In this document: one piece after another, positions 1 to 9,838 of the stretch
Position numbering within the stretch: the stretch's first letter is position 1
How the letters are laid out: each line of letters begins with the position of its first letter
Source of the DNA: a virus
Lineage: Duplodnaviria; Caudoviricetes
IMG/VR virus record: IMGVR_UViG_3300047400_000088
Coordinates: 1 to 36,717 of that record
DNA: 36,717 bases
Direction: 5' to 3' (one strand)
Notes under the pieces: generated by a model
Told to the model about the DNA's origin: nothing
Database searches by the model: none
What the model saw: only the letters and a program-made list of their open reading frames with translations
Position numbers and translations under genes: made by a program

Positions 1-166
1 CGCTGGACTGGGGAAAGCCCAGCCTGCGCAAGAACATCCTGCAATGGATGACCTACAAGGGCATCCAACCGAGCGCACAGCAGGGATACGGAAAGAACAA
101 GGCAGCGGGCAAGGTCAGCACGGCTACTGCGCTGGACAAGGCGCGCGAGATGGCCTACCTCATCAG
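1..166. repeat. Terminal direct repeat (left copy); circular-assembly overlap
   Basis: 1-166 equals 36552-36717 except T128 vs C36679; the ORF reads through the junction; unit genome about 36,551 bp. Confidence 0.95.
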
Positions 167-314
167 CCGCAAGATTCACCGCGAGGGTTACAAGGGCAGT
201 AACTTCTTTACTGATGTATTCAAGGATGGCGGCGTGGGCGATGTAAAGCAATTAGAGTATGAATTGTCGGCGGCGATGGGCCGGGCCATTCGCGTCGAGT
301 TACAGATTATCTGA
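2..314 (+). CDS. 3' part of the neck/tail-completion-type virion protein that starts at 36296 and crosses the circular junction
   Basis: Reading frame continues from 36296 (...KNILQWMTYKGIQP...ISRKIHREGYKGSNFF); location among morphogenesis genes. Confidence 0.6.
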   Translation, partial: LDWGKPSLRKNILQWMTYKGIQPSAQQGYGKNKAAGKVSTATALDKAREMAYLISRKIHREGYKGSNFFTDVFKDGGVGDVKQLEYELSAAMGRAIRVELQII

Positions 315-316
315 TT

Positions 317-342
317 TGCCACCTTCAGGCAGATGTGATATA
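317..342 (+). promoter_or_regulatory. Putative phage late promoter, copy 1 (TGCCA-N12-TGTGATATA)
   Basis: Same bipartite motif at 7083, 9412 and 35482, each ending 5 nt before an ATG. Confidence 0.65.
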
Positions 343-347
343 ATGGC

Positions 348-1574
348 ATGGCAATTACCATCGGAAATTTATACCCGGTAAGCACCGGCGGCTATTATCC
401 CGCTTACAATGACATGGTGATGACGGCCAGTAGCACCAGTACCGGCCAGCCAAACTTCAAGTATGTGGTCGATGTGTATGTGTCCGGGTCGCAGGTGGCC
501 CGGCTGAAGTATAGCCCGGATGCCAACGGCTACCTGACAGCAAACGTGCAGCGCATCGTGGAGAACTACCTTGCCAGCGACATTTCCACGTCCGACAATG
601 GATTTAAGCAATGCCCCAACAGTATTGTACAGGTGCAGATCAAGGTAGGCGAAGAATATGGCACTACCCCGGCTATTTACCCCAACCTCGGAACGAAGAC
701 CATCTATGCCATCAACACCTGCGTAGATTGGGATGAGCGGCTTTCGTGGGACGATTCGCAGTACCTGCTGGACGTGAACACAGCGGCTTTCCTCACCTCG
801 CAGACAGCTTTCGACATTCAGCCAGGGCAGAACGCATGGGTTCACATGATCAGGGACACCACGAACAAGCCAGCCAAGATGCGGGTGCAGACGTTCAATG
901 GCGGTGGCGGCCTCATCGCGGAGTATCGCGTAGCCAACACTTATGCCACGGTGAGCAGCACCAATGACCGCTTCCTGCGCTTCCCGTCCGGCACAGGCAA
1001 CCTTGCCTCCATCCCGTCGGGCAGCATAACGGTAGTAACCGGCGCGCTTCCCATCATCACGGGCAGCGTAGCCAGCTATTCACTTACGCCGCTGGACAAC
1101 AGTAATAACCCGGTCGGTGCCGGCATAACTTATAACGTGAAGGATGCGAACTGCCGGTTCACGAACTATCGGCTGCACTTCCTGAACAAATACGGCGGGT
1201 TCGATTCGGTAAACTTCTCGCTGGTATCGCGCAAATCGCTCACTATTGACCGCAAGAAGTACCGGCGCACCTATGGCACCAATGCGGCCAACGTGTGGGG
1301 ATACAGCCAGTCTAACACGCTGGAGACGGTGTATGACGTGCAGGCCCCGGTGAAGGTGAAATTGAACAGCGACTGGCTCACGGAAGCGCAGAGCGCATGG
1401 CTGGAGGAGTTACTCACCAGCCCGAAGATTTACTGGGACAAGGACGGCACGAACCTTCAACAGGTATCGCTGTCGGATACCGCCTATGAGCCGAAGCGCA
1501 AGGTGCAGGACAAACTGATCCAACTGTCGATTGAGATCAACCTCGGATTCATCAAAAAGCGTCAGCGGGGATGA
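348..1574 (+). CDS. Tail tip/baseplate-associated structural protein (distal tail-like)
   Basis: 408 aa beta-rich ORF; C-terminal 'FLNKYGGFDS...LNSDWLTE...WLEELLTSP' segment as seen in Bacteroidota siphophage tail proteins. Confidence 0.6.
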   Translation: MAITIGNLYPVSTGGYYPAYNDMVMTASSTSTGQPNFKYVVDVYVSGSQVARLKYSPDANGYLTANVQRIVENYLASDISTSDNGFKQCPNSIVQVQIKVGEEYGTTPAIYPNLGTKTIYAINTCVDWDERLSWDDSQYLLDVNTAAFLTSQTAFDIQPGQNAWVHMIRDTTNKPAKMRVQTFNGGGGLIAEYRVANTYATVSSTNDRFLRFPSGTGNLASIPSGSITVVTGALPIITGSVASYSLTPLDNSNNPVGAGITYNVKDANCRFTNYRLHFLNKYGGFDSVNFSLVSRKSLTIDRKKYRRTYGTNAANVWGYSQSNTLETVYDVQAPVKVKLNSDWLTEAQSAWLEELLTSPKIYWDKDGTNLQQVSLSDTAYEPKRKVQDKLIQLSIEINLGFIKKRQRG

Positions 1575-3802
1575 ACACGCAGCTATTGGTGAAGCGACCT
1601 GCCGACACGGCATATACCGATGTTGACTTGCTCGATGATGTGCCGTACTCGATCACGTACAGCGTGGCCGATATACGGCAGCCGGACAAGCGCAGCGGCT
1701 CATTCTCCAAGACCATCGAGATACCGGGTAGCGCGACCAATAACAAGTTGTTCGAGTTCATTTTCAACGTAAACATCGCCACGGCCACGTTCAACCCGAA
1801 CCTGAAGTGCGATGCGGTGCTGCTTCAGAACGGCGTTGAGATTTTCCGGGGATCGCTGCGGCTGGCGCAGATACATGTGTTTGAAAAGACGCAGATCACC
1901 TACGATATCGAACTGTACGGCAACACCAAGAACATTTTCGATGCAATGGGTAATAAGTACATCACCGATCTTGATCTTTCTGCGTATAACCACTTGCGCA
2001 CGGCGGCCAACATCGTAGCGTCGTGGACGGCCCCGTCCAGCAATGGCTACGTGTACCCGCTCATCAACAACGGGCTGGATGGTATCCTGTCAGGAGCATA
2101 CCCGCAATGGTGGAACATTCACATGTTTCCGTGGATTTATGCCAAAACAATCATCGACCGCATATTCACAGAGGCGGGATACACATATACCAGTAACTTT
2201 TTTAACGCGAGTTTATTCAAAGCACTTATAGTGTCGCCAAAGGTTTTAGGCGACACGCGCAAGGGTGTTGTGTTTACAGGATCGGCAACCATTGATTCAC
2301 AGGTGGCCGGTGCCTATATATTATATGGAACGCTTGAAGTAGTAAGATACGATGCACTACTTGGAACCACAAGCGTTATCGCCACGACGCCCATAACCGG
2401 CACAAACTACTCCGGGCCTGTAATCTTCAACCTCTCCAGCGCTCCGATAGATATTGGATATGGCGATCAGGTTTATATGCGCATCAATATGGGCGGCGGC
2501 CTGACGTACCCAATCAAAATAACCAGCGCGGCACTTGTTGGCACTTATCCAGACGGTTCAGGGACGTTCTCCGCAGGGACGAATACATCGGTAAACTATA
2601 CCATCACGGCTCCGGCACAGGTAACGGTTCAGTTTCAGACCAAAGTGGATCCCAACAACGTGTTTAGCCTTATTACCTATAAGCACACATCTCCTTCAGT
2701 GAATGCCTCCCAGCATCTACCCGACAAGATTCTGCAAAAGGATTTTGTGATGGGCATCGTGAAGATGTTTAACCTGTTCATCGAGGTGGACAAGAACACA
2801 AGTAACAACCTGCTGATCGAGCCGCGCAACGACTACTACGCAGCCGGTGGTGTGAAGGACTGGACCGCCAAATGGGCAGTCGATCAGGAAACGCAGGTTA
2901 CGCCGATGGGCGATCTCAACACGCGGCAGTTCTATTTCCACTACAAGGAGGATAAGGACTTTTACAATAACCTATACACCAACGGCGACAGCATCAATGG
3001 GCAGGCATACCGAGGCTGGGCCGAGGTGTTTGGTGAGAAGAAGCAGGATATCGCCAACGACTTTCAAACGCAGGTACTTGAGATCGTGCCGGTGTTCAGT
3101 CCTACCATTATCGCGGCGTTGGGGAACACGAACATCAGCGTCCCATCAATAATTACGAAGGAGCCTGCCACGCAGCCGGACAATAGCTTTAAGGGAAACA
3201 TCCGAATCCTGTATTACGGAGGAATGAAGACGTGCCAGAAATGGCTGTTACAAGACGGACTATCCGGCGTTACCGCATATCTGCAATATCCATACGCGGG
3301 CATGGTTGATGATCTGCAAGCGCCAACGATTGACCTGTGCTTTGGTCAGCCGAGGCAGGTGTTCTATACAATGAACTCGCCCGGCAATTACACCACGAAC
3401 AACCTGTACAACGCCTATTGGTCGCAGGACATCACCGAGCGCACCGACCGGGACAGCAAGATCGTTACAGCATGGTTTTGGCTCACGCCGGCAGACATTC
3501 AACTGCTGGACTTCCGCAACACGATAAAAGTGGATGAGCAGTATTACCACATCAACAAGGTGTTGGAGTACTGCCCCAACGCAACCACGCTTACGAAGGT
3601 TGAGTTGACGAAGCTCACCGCTGCCGTACCATTTACGCCAAGTACAACGGGCCAGGTCATCGCATTTAGCCACGGCACGGGTGGCGTAACGCGCGGCGGC
3701 AACACCAATACTACCGGATCTGGCAAGGGGACGGTGGTAATCATCTCTGGTGGAAAGAACAACCCATTTGTAAGCACTAACGCAGAAATTCTACATGGAT
3801 AA
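1571..3802 (+). CDS. Large tail tip/hub structural protein
   Basis: 743 aa; N-terminal 'ADIRQPDKRSGSFSKTIEIPG...NN' and 'QKDFVMGIVKMFNL' motifs typical of Bacteroidota phage tail proteins; ATGA overlap with the upstream gene. Confidence 0.65.
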   Translation: MNTQLLVKRPADTAYTDVDLLDDVPYSITYSVADIRQPDKRSGSFSKTIEIPGSATNNKLFEFIFNVNIATATFNPNLKCDAVLLQNGVEIFRGSLRLAQIHVFEKTQITYDIELYGNTKNIFDAMGNKYITDLDLSAYNHLRTAANIVASWTAPSSNGYVYPLINNGLDGILSGAYPQWWNIHMFPWIYAKTIIDRIFTEAGYTYTSNFFNASLFKALIVSPKVLGDTRKGVVFTGSATIDSQVAGAYILYGTLEVVRYDALLGTTSVIATTPITGTNYSGPVIFNLSSAPIDIGYGDQVYMRINMGGGLTYPIKITSAALVGTYPDGSGTFSAGTNTSVNYTITAPAQVTVQFQTKVDPNNVFSLITYKHTSPSVNASQHLPDKILQKDFVMGIVKMFNLFIEVDKNTSNNLLIEPRNDYYAAGGVKDWTAKWAVDQETQVTPMGDLNTRQFYFHYKEDKDFYNNLYTNGDSINGQAYRGWAEVFGEKKQDIANDFQTQVLEIVPVFSPTIIAALGNTNISVPSIITKEPATQPDNSFKGNIRILYYGGMKTCQKWLLQDGLSGVTAYLQYPYAGMVDDLQAPTIDLCFGQPRQVFYTMNSPGNYTTNNLYNAYWSQDITERTDRDSKIVTAWFWLTPADIQLLDFRNTIKVDEQYYHINKVLEYCPNATTLTKVELTKLTAAVPFTPSTTGQVIAFSHGTGGVTRGGNTNTTGSGKGTVVIISGGKNNPFVSTNAEILHG

Positions 3803-4407
3803 TGGCAGCAGATACTTCATACACGCGCATAATTGTAAAGCAAAGCGATACGCCTGGCGAAACCGCAACGGTTCCCGCAAGCGATGACCATACCGACGGA
3901 ACATGGCTTACAACCGATATTTATATCGGCGAGGCGTTACTGAACACCGCCGACAACATTCTGTATTACCGAACTGATCCGGGCATTATGTCCGTGGATT
4001 TGTCATCCAGCGACAACAAGGTGTATATGGTGGAGGTGGATATCGCATCCCCGGATATGCTTGCCATTCATACCACGCCAATCACAATCGTTGCCGCAGA
4101 CGGCGCAGGTCGTGGCATTGAGGTTATCAGCGCATCAATTTCAGAGAACATCGGGACGGATGCTTATTCGGCAGGCAAACTGAAGCTAAAATGCTCGTCG
4201 GCCACCATTCCGCAATTCACCGATGAGGAGATTTTGAAATCAACCGCTAAGCGTTGTGTGAAGATGTTGCAGGTGGATAGTGCGTATGCGGCCACGGATA
4301 CGCAGATCGTCGGCGGCGATGCTGTTGTGCTTACCGCTGATGCCAACCCAACCAGCGGCAACGGGTCGTTTAAGGTGTTTGTTCACTATCGCTACCTGGC
4401 GATCTAA
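3802..4407 (+). CDS. Putative minor tail/virion protein
   Basis: 201 aa, translationally coupled; 'GEALLNTADNILY' fibre-anchor-like motif followed by a beta-sandwich-like region. Confidence 0.5.
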   Translation: MAADTSYTRIIVKQSDTPGETATVPASDDHTDGTWLTTDIYIGEALLNTADNILYYRTDPGIMSVDLSSSDNKVYMVEVDIASPDMLAIHTTPITIVAADGAGRGIEVISASISENIGTDAYSAGKLKLKCSSATIPQFTDEEILKSTAKRCVKMLQVDSAYAATDTQIVGGDAVVLTADANPTSGNGSFKVFVHYRYLAI

Positions 4408-4416
4408 AAATAACTT

Positions 4417-6474
4417 ATGGCAGACGAGGTAGCAATAAAGATAAAGCTGGATGCGGCCGAGGGCGCGCGCAGCGTAAAGGAGTTGAAGCAGTCGATCCGC
4501 GACCTGACTGGAGAGGCTGTTGCCGCTGGTCAGCGCGGAGATGCAGCCATGCGTACGGCATACATCAATGCGGCGGGCAAGGCAAAAGAGCAGTTGCGTG
4601 AGCTGAACAAGGAAATCAAGCTGTCGGGCGACGCAGTAGGAAAGCTGCAAGCCGTTCAGGGCGTAGGAATGGGCATTGCGCATGGGTTCGAGGCAGCAAA
4701 GGGTGCGGCAGCCCTGTTTGGCGCATCCTCGAAGGACGTTGAGGAGCAGCTATTGAAGATTCAGGCCGTCATGGCCTTTACGCAGGGCATCACCGGGATA
4801 TTTGAGGGGGTGAAGGCCATCAACATGATGAGTGCCTCTTTCGGCATAGCGGCAACGGTTTCAGAGGCATTTGGCGTATCTGCTGCAGCAGCAGAAGCAA
4901 TGGCCACGGCAGGCATTACCGCGCTGATAGGCGCGCTCGTGGCGATCATTACCAACTTTGACAAGGTAAGCGAATTTGTAAAAGAGCACAGCGCGCTCAT
5001 TCGGGATTACCTACTTTCGGTGATTACCCTGGGGATATACCCCATTGTTAAGGGGCTTATGATGCTTACGGGGCAGATGGATCAGGTATCCCACGCCGCA
5101 GAGGTGAATGCCGCGAAGATGGCATTGCAGGCGGAGGATCACAGAAAGAAGGTGGATGAACTGTCCGGCGCATACGACAACCTTCACGATAAGGTTGAAA
5201 CAACGCGGGAGGCCAATGTGCACACGCTCTCCGTGCTTGACGATCAGATCAGGCTGATGAAGGCGCAAGGTGCGAGTGCGGACGAGATCTATCAGGCCGA
5301 AAAAAAGGTGCTGGACATCAAGATCGCGCAGGCGAAAATGGAGCGCGACGAGTTGCTGGCGCAGGCCGAGCTAAACAAGCTCGTCAGCGCAAAGTGGCAA
5401 CTCGAGGATATGTACAGCAAGGCAACAGGGGGCAAGGGAATTGGCTTCACGGCAGAGGATGAGGAGAAACTGAAGGCGCAGGATGACCTAATTAATAAAC
5501 TTGAAACTGATCAGCAAATTCTTGGCCTCGATTACATTAAGACGATTGATAAGGCTGCCGCCGCGACAATCGACAAAGCAGATCAGGCAGAAACGGAGTG
5601 GGAGAAGGCATACGACAAGCAAATGAATGACGTTGCAAAGCAGTGGGAGGATCAGCTGAATAAACGCGACGAGGCGCAGAAGCAATTTGACGATGCGCAG
5701 CGCTCACAGGAAGAGCAAGACCTGAACAAGAAGCTGGATGCCATCGGCAAAGAAGGTCAGGCTTGGATTGATGCCGGACTGGATCAGGTTCAGGTGGAGA
5801 AATGGGTGAATGATCAGAAACTGAAAGTGCTAAAGGATTATCACGACAAGGTCAAGGAGGAGCAGGATAAATTGTCGGCAGAGGCACGCGCCTCGCATCA
5901 GAAAGATTTGGATGATGAGTGGAAGGACGACATGGATGCGTGGGGTAAGCGGGCAGATTTGGCAAAGAGCTACACGCAATCGCTGATATCGCTGAACGAG
6001 ACCGTTACAAACATTGAACTCGCGAAGGCGAAGGGCAATGCTGCGGAGATGGAGAAGATTCGCCGGCATTCGTTCGAGCGAAACAAGGCCCTTCAGATTA
6101 CGCTTGCCATCATTGACGGGTTCAAGGCCGTTACATCTACGCTTGCGCAATACCCGAAGACGGACATGGGGATATCAATGTGGGCGACCATTGGGGCTGA
6201 GATCGCCGTAACGGCGGCATCTATTGCCAAGATCGCGGCCACGCAATACCAATCGAGCGGAAGCGGCTCCGGGTCATTCTCCCCTCCTGCAATAAGCACA
6301 AACCCATCGACCGACATATATGGCGGCCTCCAGCAGCAAAGCACGGTGCTTTCAAACCTGCAAAGCCAGTCCAATGCAAAGCAGCCCACGGTGAAAGCCA
6401 TCGTGGTAGAAACCGACATCACCAAAACCCAAAACCGCGTGAACACCATACAGGAGCGCGCACAAATCAGCTAA
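4417..6474 (+). CDS. Tail tape measure protein
   Basis: 685 aa, Ala-rich and helical, with central hydrophobic segments and a long coiled coil. Confidence 0.8.
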   Translation: MADEVAIKIKLDAAEGARSVKELKQSIRDLTGEAVAAGQRGDAAMRTAYINAAGKAKEQLRELNKEIKLSGDAVGKLQAVQGVGMGIAHGFEAAKGAAALFGASSKDVEEQLLKIQAVMAFTQGITGIFEGVKAINMMSASFGIAATVSEAFGVSAAAAEAMATAGITALIGALVAIITNFDKVSEFVKEHSALIRDYLLSVITLGIYPIVKGLMMLTGQMDQVSHAAEVNAAKMALQAEDHRKKVDELSGAYDNLHDKVETTREANVHTLSVLDDQIRLMKAQGASADEIYQAEKKVLDIKIAQAKMERDELLAQAELNKLVSAKWQLEDMYSKATGGKGIGFTAEDEEKLKAQDDLINKLETDQQILGLDYIKTIDKAAAATIDKADQAETEWEKAYDKQMNDVAKQWEDQLNKRDEAQKQFDDAQRSQEEQDLNKKLDAIGKEGQAWIDAGLDQVQVEKWVNDQKLKVLKDYHDKVKEEQDKLSAEARASHQKDLDDEWKDDMDAWGKRADLAKSYTQSLISLNETVTNIELAKAKGNAAEMEKIRRHSFERNKALQITLAIIDGFKAVTSTLAQYPKTDMGISMWATIGAEIAVTAASIAKIAATQYQSSGSGSGSFSPPAISTNPSTDIYGGLQQQSTVLSNLQSQSNAKQPTVKAIVVETDITKTQNRVNTIQERAQIS

Positions 6475-6476
6475 TC

Positions 6477-7073
6477 ATGGCAACACCTACCAACCTCCCT
6501 ATCTATCGCATGGTGCTGAAGCCCGGCGACGTACTCAACTTCGGCGTGGACGCTATCGCCCTCGTGGACGAGCCGGCCATCGAGCGGTACTTTCAGGCGT
6601 TCAACAACCAAAAGCCGATGTGCTTCCAGGTATCCAACGAGGAGCAGCGCATCATCACCGGGCCGCTGATGATCGCCGATCTGCCCATTTACCGGCGCGA
6701 CGCAAACGGCGAATATATGGCTGTCTTCGATGCAGGTACCATCAAGCAGATAGCCCTGAAGTTCTTTGCGCTGGGGAACAACAAGAACGTGAACGAAATG
6801 CACGACCCCACGGCGAAGGTTCCCGGCGTGATCATGTTCGAGAGCTTTCTGATTGATTCATCGCGCGGCATATCCACTCCAAAGGGATTTCCTGCCGTTG
6901 CCGACGGGTCATGGTTTGGCAGCTATTACGTCGCCAATGATGACGTGTGGGCAAAGGTTAAGGATGGCACGTTCCGGGGCTTCTCCGTGGAGGGCTTTTT
7001 TGAGCATGTGCCGGATACGCCGGTGAGCGACGAGACGGCAGCCCTTGCTATCATCGATGCGGTTCGAGGTTAG
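6477..7073 (+). CDS. Prohead serine protease (XkdF-like)
   Basis: 'IITGPLMIADLPIYR', 'NEMH', 'ESF', 'GSWF', 'VKDGTFRGFSVEG' motifs; sits upstream of scaffold and capsid genes. Confidence 0.85.
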   Translation: MATPTNLPIYRMVLKPGDVLNFGVDAIALVDEPAIERYFQAFNNQKPMCFQVSNEEQRIITGPLMIADLPIYRRDANGEYMAVFDAGTIKQIALKFFALGNNKNVNEMHDPTAKVPGVIMFESFLIDSSRGISTPKGFPAVADGSWFGSYYVANDDVWAKVKDGTFRGFSVEGFFEHVPDTPVSDETAALAIIDAVRG

Positions 7074-7082
7074 CTAAAACAT

Positions 7083-7109
7083 TACCACTATCGCATGATT
7101 TGTGATTTA
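7083..7109 (+). promoter_or_regulatory. Putative phage late promoter, copy 2 (TACCA-N13-TGTGATTTA)
   Basis: Intergenic; ends 5 nt before ATG 7115. Confidence 0.6.
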
Positions 7110-7114
7110 TAGTC

Positions 7115-7774
7115 ATGAGCATTACCAAGACCATTCGCGATATTGTAGGCCAAGATAAGTTCGAGGCCGTTCGCGCCGCACTCGGCATGAATCCCATGCC
7201 CCCGGCCGCTGCACCCGCAGCCGATGACAAGACGAAGTGTACTGACTACCCGCAGGACAACGGAAGCGTGTTGAGCGTATCCGGCGACCTCGTTGCCGGC
7301 TCCGCAGTTACCATCACCACCGACAACAACACCGTGCCCGCTCCCGATGGCGATTACACCATCACCATGCCAGATGGCACGGAGCAGGTCATCACCGTGG
7401 CCTCCGGCAGCATTACCGCCGTGGCTCCGGCGGCACCTGACCAACCCGCAGCACCCGCAAGCACCGACGCCCCGCCGACCACCGACATGACCGCGCTCGT
7501 CGAAGCGCTGAAAAAAGCAGGCGTGGCTATGAAGTCCGACCTGCCCAATCATACAGCAGACTTCGCGGCCATGAAGGCAGAGAACGAAGCCCTGCGCGCC
7601 GATCTGAAGAAGGCCAACGAAGCAGGTCAGGCCATGTTCTGGATCGTCGAGAAGCTGGCCGAGATGCCGGCAGAAGAAAGCGCGGCCCCGGTGCAGTCCA
7701 CCTTCAAAAAGACCAAGAGCGACCGCCTCGCGGACATCGCTGCCGGGATTGAGAAACTGAAAACCGCAAAGTAA
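7115..7774 (+). CDS. Capsid scaffolding-type protein
   Basis: Between protease and capsid genes; 'PAPDGDY...DG...ITV' repeat-like motif, PA-rich linker, C-terminal coiled coil. Confidence 0.65.
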   Translation: MSITKTIRDIVGQDKFEAVRAALGMNPMPPAAAPAADDKTKCTDYPQDNGSVLSVSGDLVAGSAVTITTDNNTVPAPDGDYTITMPDGTEQVITVASGSITAVAPAAPDQPAAPASTDAPPTTDMTALVEALKKAGVAMKSDLPNHTADFAAMKAENEALRADLKKANEAGQAMFWIVEKLAEMPAEESAAPVQSTFKKTKSDRLADIAAGIEKLKTAK

Positions 7775-7816
7775 CCACCACCAACCAAGTCATTCACCAC
7801 CTAAAACCTTTTTACC

Positions 7817-8746
7817 ATGGCATTTGATGTTTCAGCCCTCACGGATTACGTCGATCAGACCAGCAAAGACCTTCTGACGAAGGCGCACTTTGCAAACGAA
7901 ACCAGCAGCTATGCAACCAAGCAGCCCGGCATCAAGAGTGCCGAGGCCCTGCAAATCCTGACCACCGGGCCGATCCCGCAGAACGGAGCGGCCTGCGGAT
8001 ATACCTCGTCCGGCAGCACCACGTTCACGCAGCGCACCCTGACGGTGAAGCCCGTGAAGTGGCAGGAAGACCTTTGCCCGCGCACTCTGGAGGCCAAGTG
8101 GACGCAGTTGCTGCTCTCCGCTGGCTCCAAGTACAGCGAAAAGGACATCCCCTCGATGGTGATGCAGGACATCGTCCGCGTCATCAATGAGCAGTTGGAG
8201 ACCTGCGACTGGCAGGGCGACACCAACGCAGGCAGCGCGTACCTGAACAAGTATGATGGCCTCGTGAAGGTGATCACCGGCGCATCCGGCATTCTCGTTC
8301 CCACGGCAAGCACGTTCAACAGCACGAACTGCCGGACAATCATGAAGAACATCATCAACAAGATCCCGGCTGCCCTCAAAGGCAAGTCCACGGTGAAGGT
8401 GGTGCTGGGATACGATGCGCTCGAAGTGTATCGTCAGAAGCTGATGGACGATAACCTGTACCATGTGCCTGCCGGCAACGGCGTGGGTACCATGTATGCC
8501 GAAGGTTCGGTGTACGAACTGGTGCCGGTACACGGTCTCGACGGTCTGTACAGCATCAGCGGCCAAGCCTGCGTGTTCGCATTCGAATGGAGCAACATCT
8601 TCATGGGCTGCGACATGCTCAACGAAGAAGAAAAGGCGGCCATGTGGTACAGCCAGGACTTCGACGTGGTGAAGTACTTCTTCAGCATGAAGCGTGGCTG
8701 GCAGGTTGCCTTCCCGCAGCAGATCGTGGCTTACAGCAACAGCTAA
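7817..8746 (+). CDS. Major capsid protein
   Basis: 309 aa after protease and scaffold; strongly biased codons; followed by a terminator; 'WQGDT...DGL' motif. Confidence 0.85.
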   Translation: MAFDVSALTDYVDQTSKDLLTKAHFANETSSYATKQPGIKSAEALQILTTGPIPQNGAACGYTSSGSTTFTQRTLTVKPVKWQEDLCPRTLEAKWTQLLLSAGSKYSEKDIPSMVMQDIVRVINEQLETCDWQGDTNAGSAYLNKYDGLVKVITGASGILVPTASTFNSTNCRTIMKNIINKIPAALKGKSTVKVVLGYDALEVYRQKLMDDNLYHVPAGNGVGTMYAEGSVYELVPVHGLDGLYSISGQACVFAFEWSNIFMGCDMLNEEEKAAMWYSQDFDVVKYFFSMKRGWQVAFPQQIVAYSNS

Positions 8747-8773
8747 GAGCAAACAACCTGAAACAACGGAGAG

Positions 8774-8802
8774 AGGGCGGCCCACCAACGCCGCCCTTTT
8801 TT
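8774..8802 (+). terminator. Intrinsic terminator after the capsid gene
   Basis: AGGGCGGC / GCCGCCCT stem with 8-nt loop, followed by a T-run. Confidence 0.85.
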
Positions 8803-8837
8803 CTAAACAGAAACACCAACCAAAAAACACCAGCAGC

Positions 8838-9356
8838 ATGGCTTGCGCACTAACACAAGGGTTTCCCCTCGACTGCCGCGATAACGTAGGCGGCATCAAA
8901 CAGATTTACGTCGTAGAGCTGTCCAACGTCTCCAGCTTCACACCCTCCAACCAGTCGGGCATCATCACCTCCATTACGATGGCTGGTCTAACCAAGTTTT
9001 GGACGTATGCCTTCGAGAAGGAGACCGGCTCCTTCGAGGACGGCATCCAAACCAGCGACCCCAACGGCACCGTGTTCTACGAGCCGACTGTGAACATCAT
9101 GATCCGCAAGATGCAGGCTGCATCGCGCAACGAGTTTAAGTTGCTCGCGCAGAACCGCTTGGCGATCATCGTACTGGATCGAAACGGCAAGTATTGGGCC
9201 GTGGGCTTCAACAACGGCATGGAGCTTCAGCCCTCGAAGGTACTCACCGGCAAGGCGATGGGCGACTTCAACGGCTATGAACTCGTGTTCAAAGGCAAGG
9301 AAGAACAGCCGGCGCAGGAGGTCAGCGCGAGCATCATCTCCGGCATCGTTCAGTAA
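8838..9356 (+). CDS. Major tail tube protein
   Basis: Likely start MACALTQG..DCRDNVGGIK (ATG 8838 after an A/C-rich leader); 'NGTVFYE', 'DRNGKYW', 'GDFNGY' motifs. Confidence 0.75.
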   Translation: MACALTQGFPLDCRDNVGGIKQIYVVELSNVSSFTPSNQSGIITSITMAGLTKFWTYAFEKETGSFEDGIQTSDPNGTVFYEPTVNIMIRKMQAASRNEFKLLAQNRLAIIVLDRNGKYWAVGFNNGMELQPSKVLTGKAMGDFNGYELVFKGKEEQPAQEVSASIISGIVQ

Positions 9357-9380
9357 GAATCAGCGGTTTAGTTTAAGGAA

Positions 9381-9410
9381 GGGTAGCAGAGATGCTGCCC
9401 TTTTTTTTTT
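9381..9410 (+). terminator. Intrinsic terminator after the tail tube gene
   Basis: GGGTAGCA-GAGA-TGCTGCCC hairpin followed by T10. Confidence 0.9.
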
Positions 9411-9411
9411 A

Positions 9412-9437
9412 TGCCAATTACATGAATATGTGATATA
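9412..9437 (+). promoter_or_regulatory. Putative phage late promoter, copy 3 (TGCCA-N12-TGTGATATA)
   Basis: Immediately after a terminator; ends 5 nt before ATG 9443. Confidence 0.7.
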
Positions 9438-9442
9438 GAATA

Positions 9443-9838
9443 ATGATGCTACTCCGGCAATCCCAATCGAATACAGTGCACCTGACCCTATCGGAGAAGA
9501 ACACGCTGGTGTATCCGTATTACTATCTCGTGGGGTTGAAGAATGACGAAACCGGCGTGGAGGCATTCTGCATCGCCGGACAGGTATACTCAACGCCTCG
9601 CGTGGACGGCATCGTCATTCAGTTGGGCGTGAATGACCCGACCCACGGCAAGATCATCCTGTCGCAGACCGGCTTCTACCATTACCGGGTATTCGCGCAG
9701 TATTCAAACGTAAACCTGGATCCGGTCAACGCCAACGTGCTCGTGGAGATTGGCAAGTGCAAGGTGCTTCCGGCAAGTTATACCGCGCCCACGGCATACA
9801 ACGGGCAGGACAAATCAATCGTAGTTTACAATGGCTGA
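9443..9838 (+). CDS. Small virion protein (Ig-like beta sandwich) upstream of portal
   Basis: 131 aa, 'G.Y.Y.V.AQ.S..NLDP...VE.G' pattern. Confidence 0.5.
   Translation: MMLLRQSQSNTVHLTLSEKNTLVYPYYYLVGLKNDETGVEAFCIAGQVYSTPRVDGIVIQLGVNDPTHGKIILSQTGFYHYRVFAQYSNVNLDPVNANVLVEIGKCKVLPASYTAPTAYNGQDKSIVVYNG

Noticed and set aside
1-166. Physical T7-like direct terminal repeats
   Set aside because: The repeat falls mid-gene and the terminase is PBSX/P22-like; an assembly overlap is more likely
7832-8899. 355-aa minus-strand ORF opposite the capsid gene (and similar ones at 10170, 10901 and 34246)
   Set aside because: Antisense shadow ORFs expected from strong GC-rich codon bias; no recognisable motifs or initiation signals
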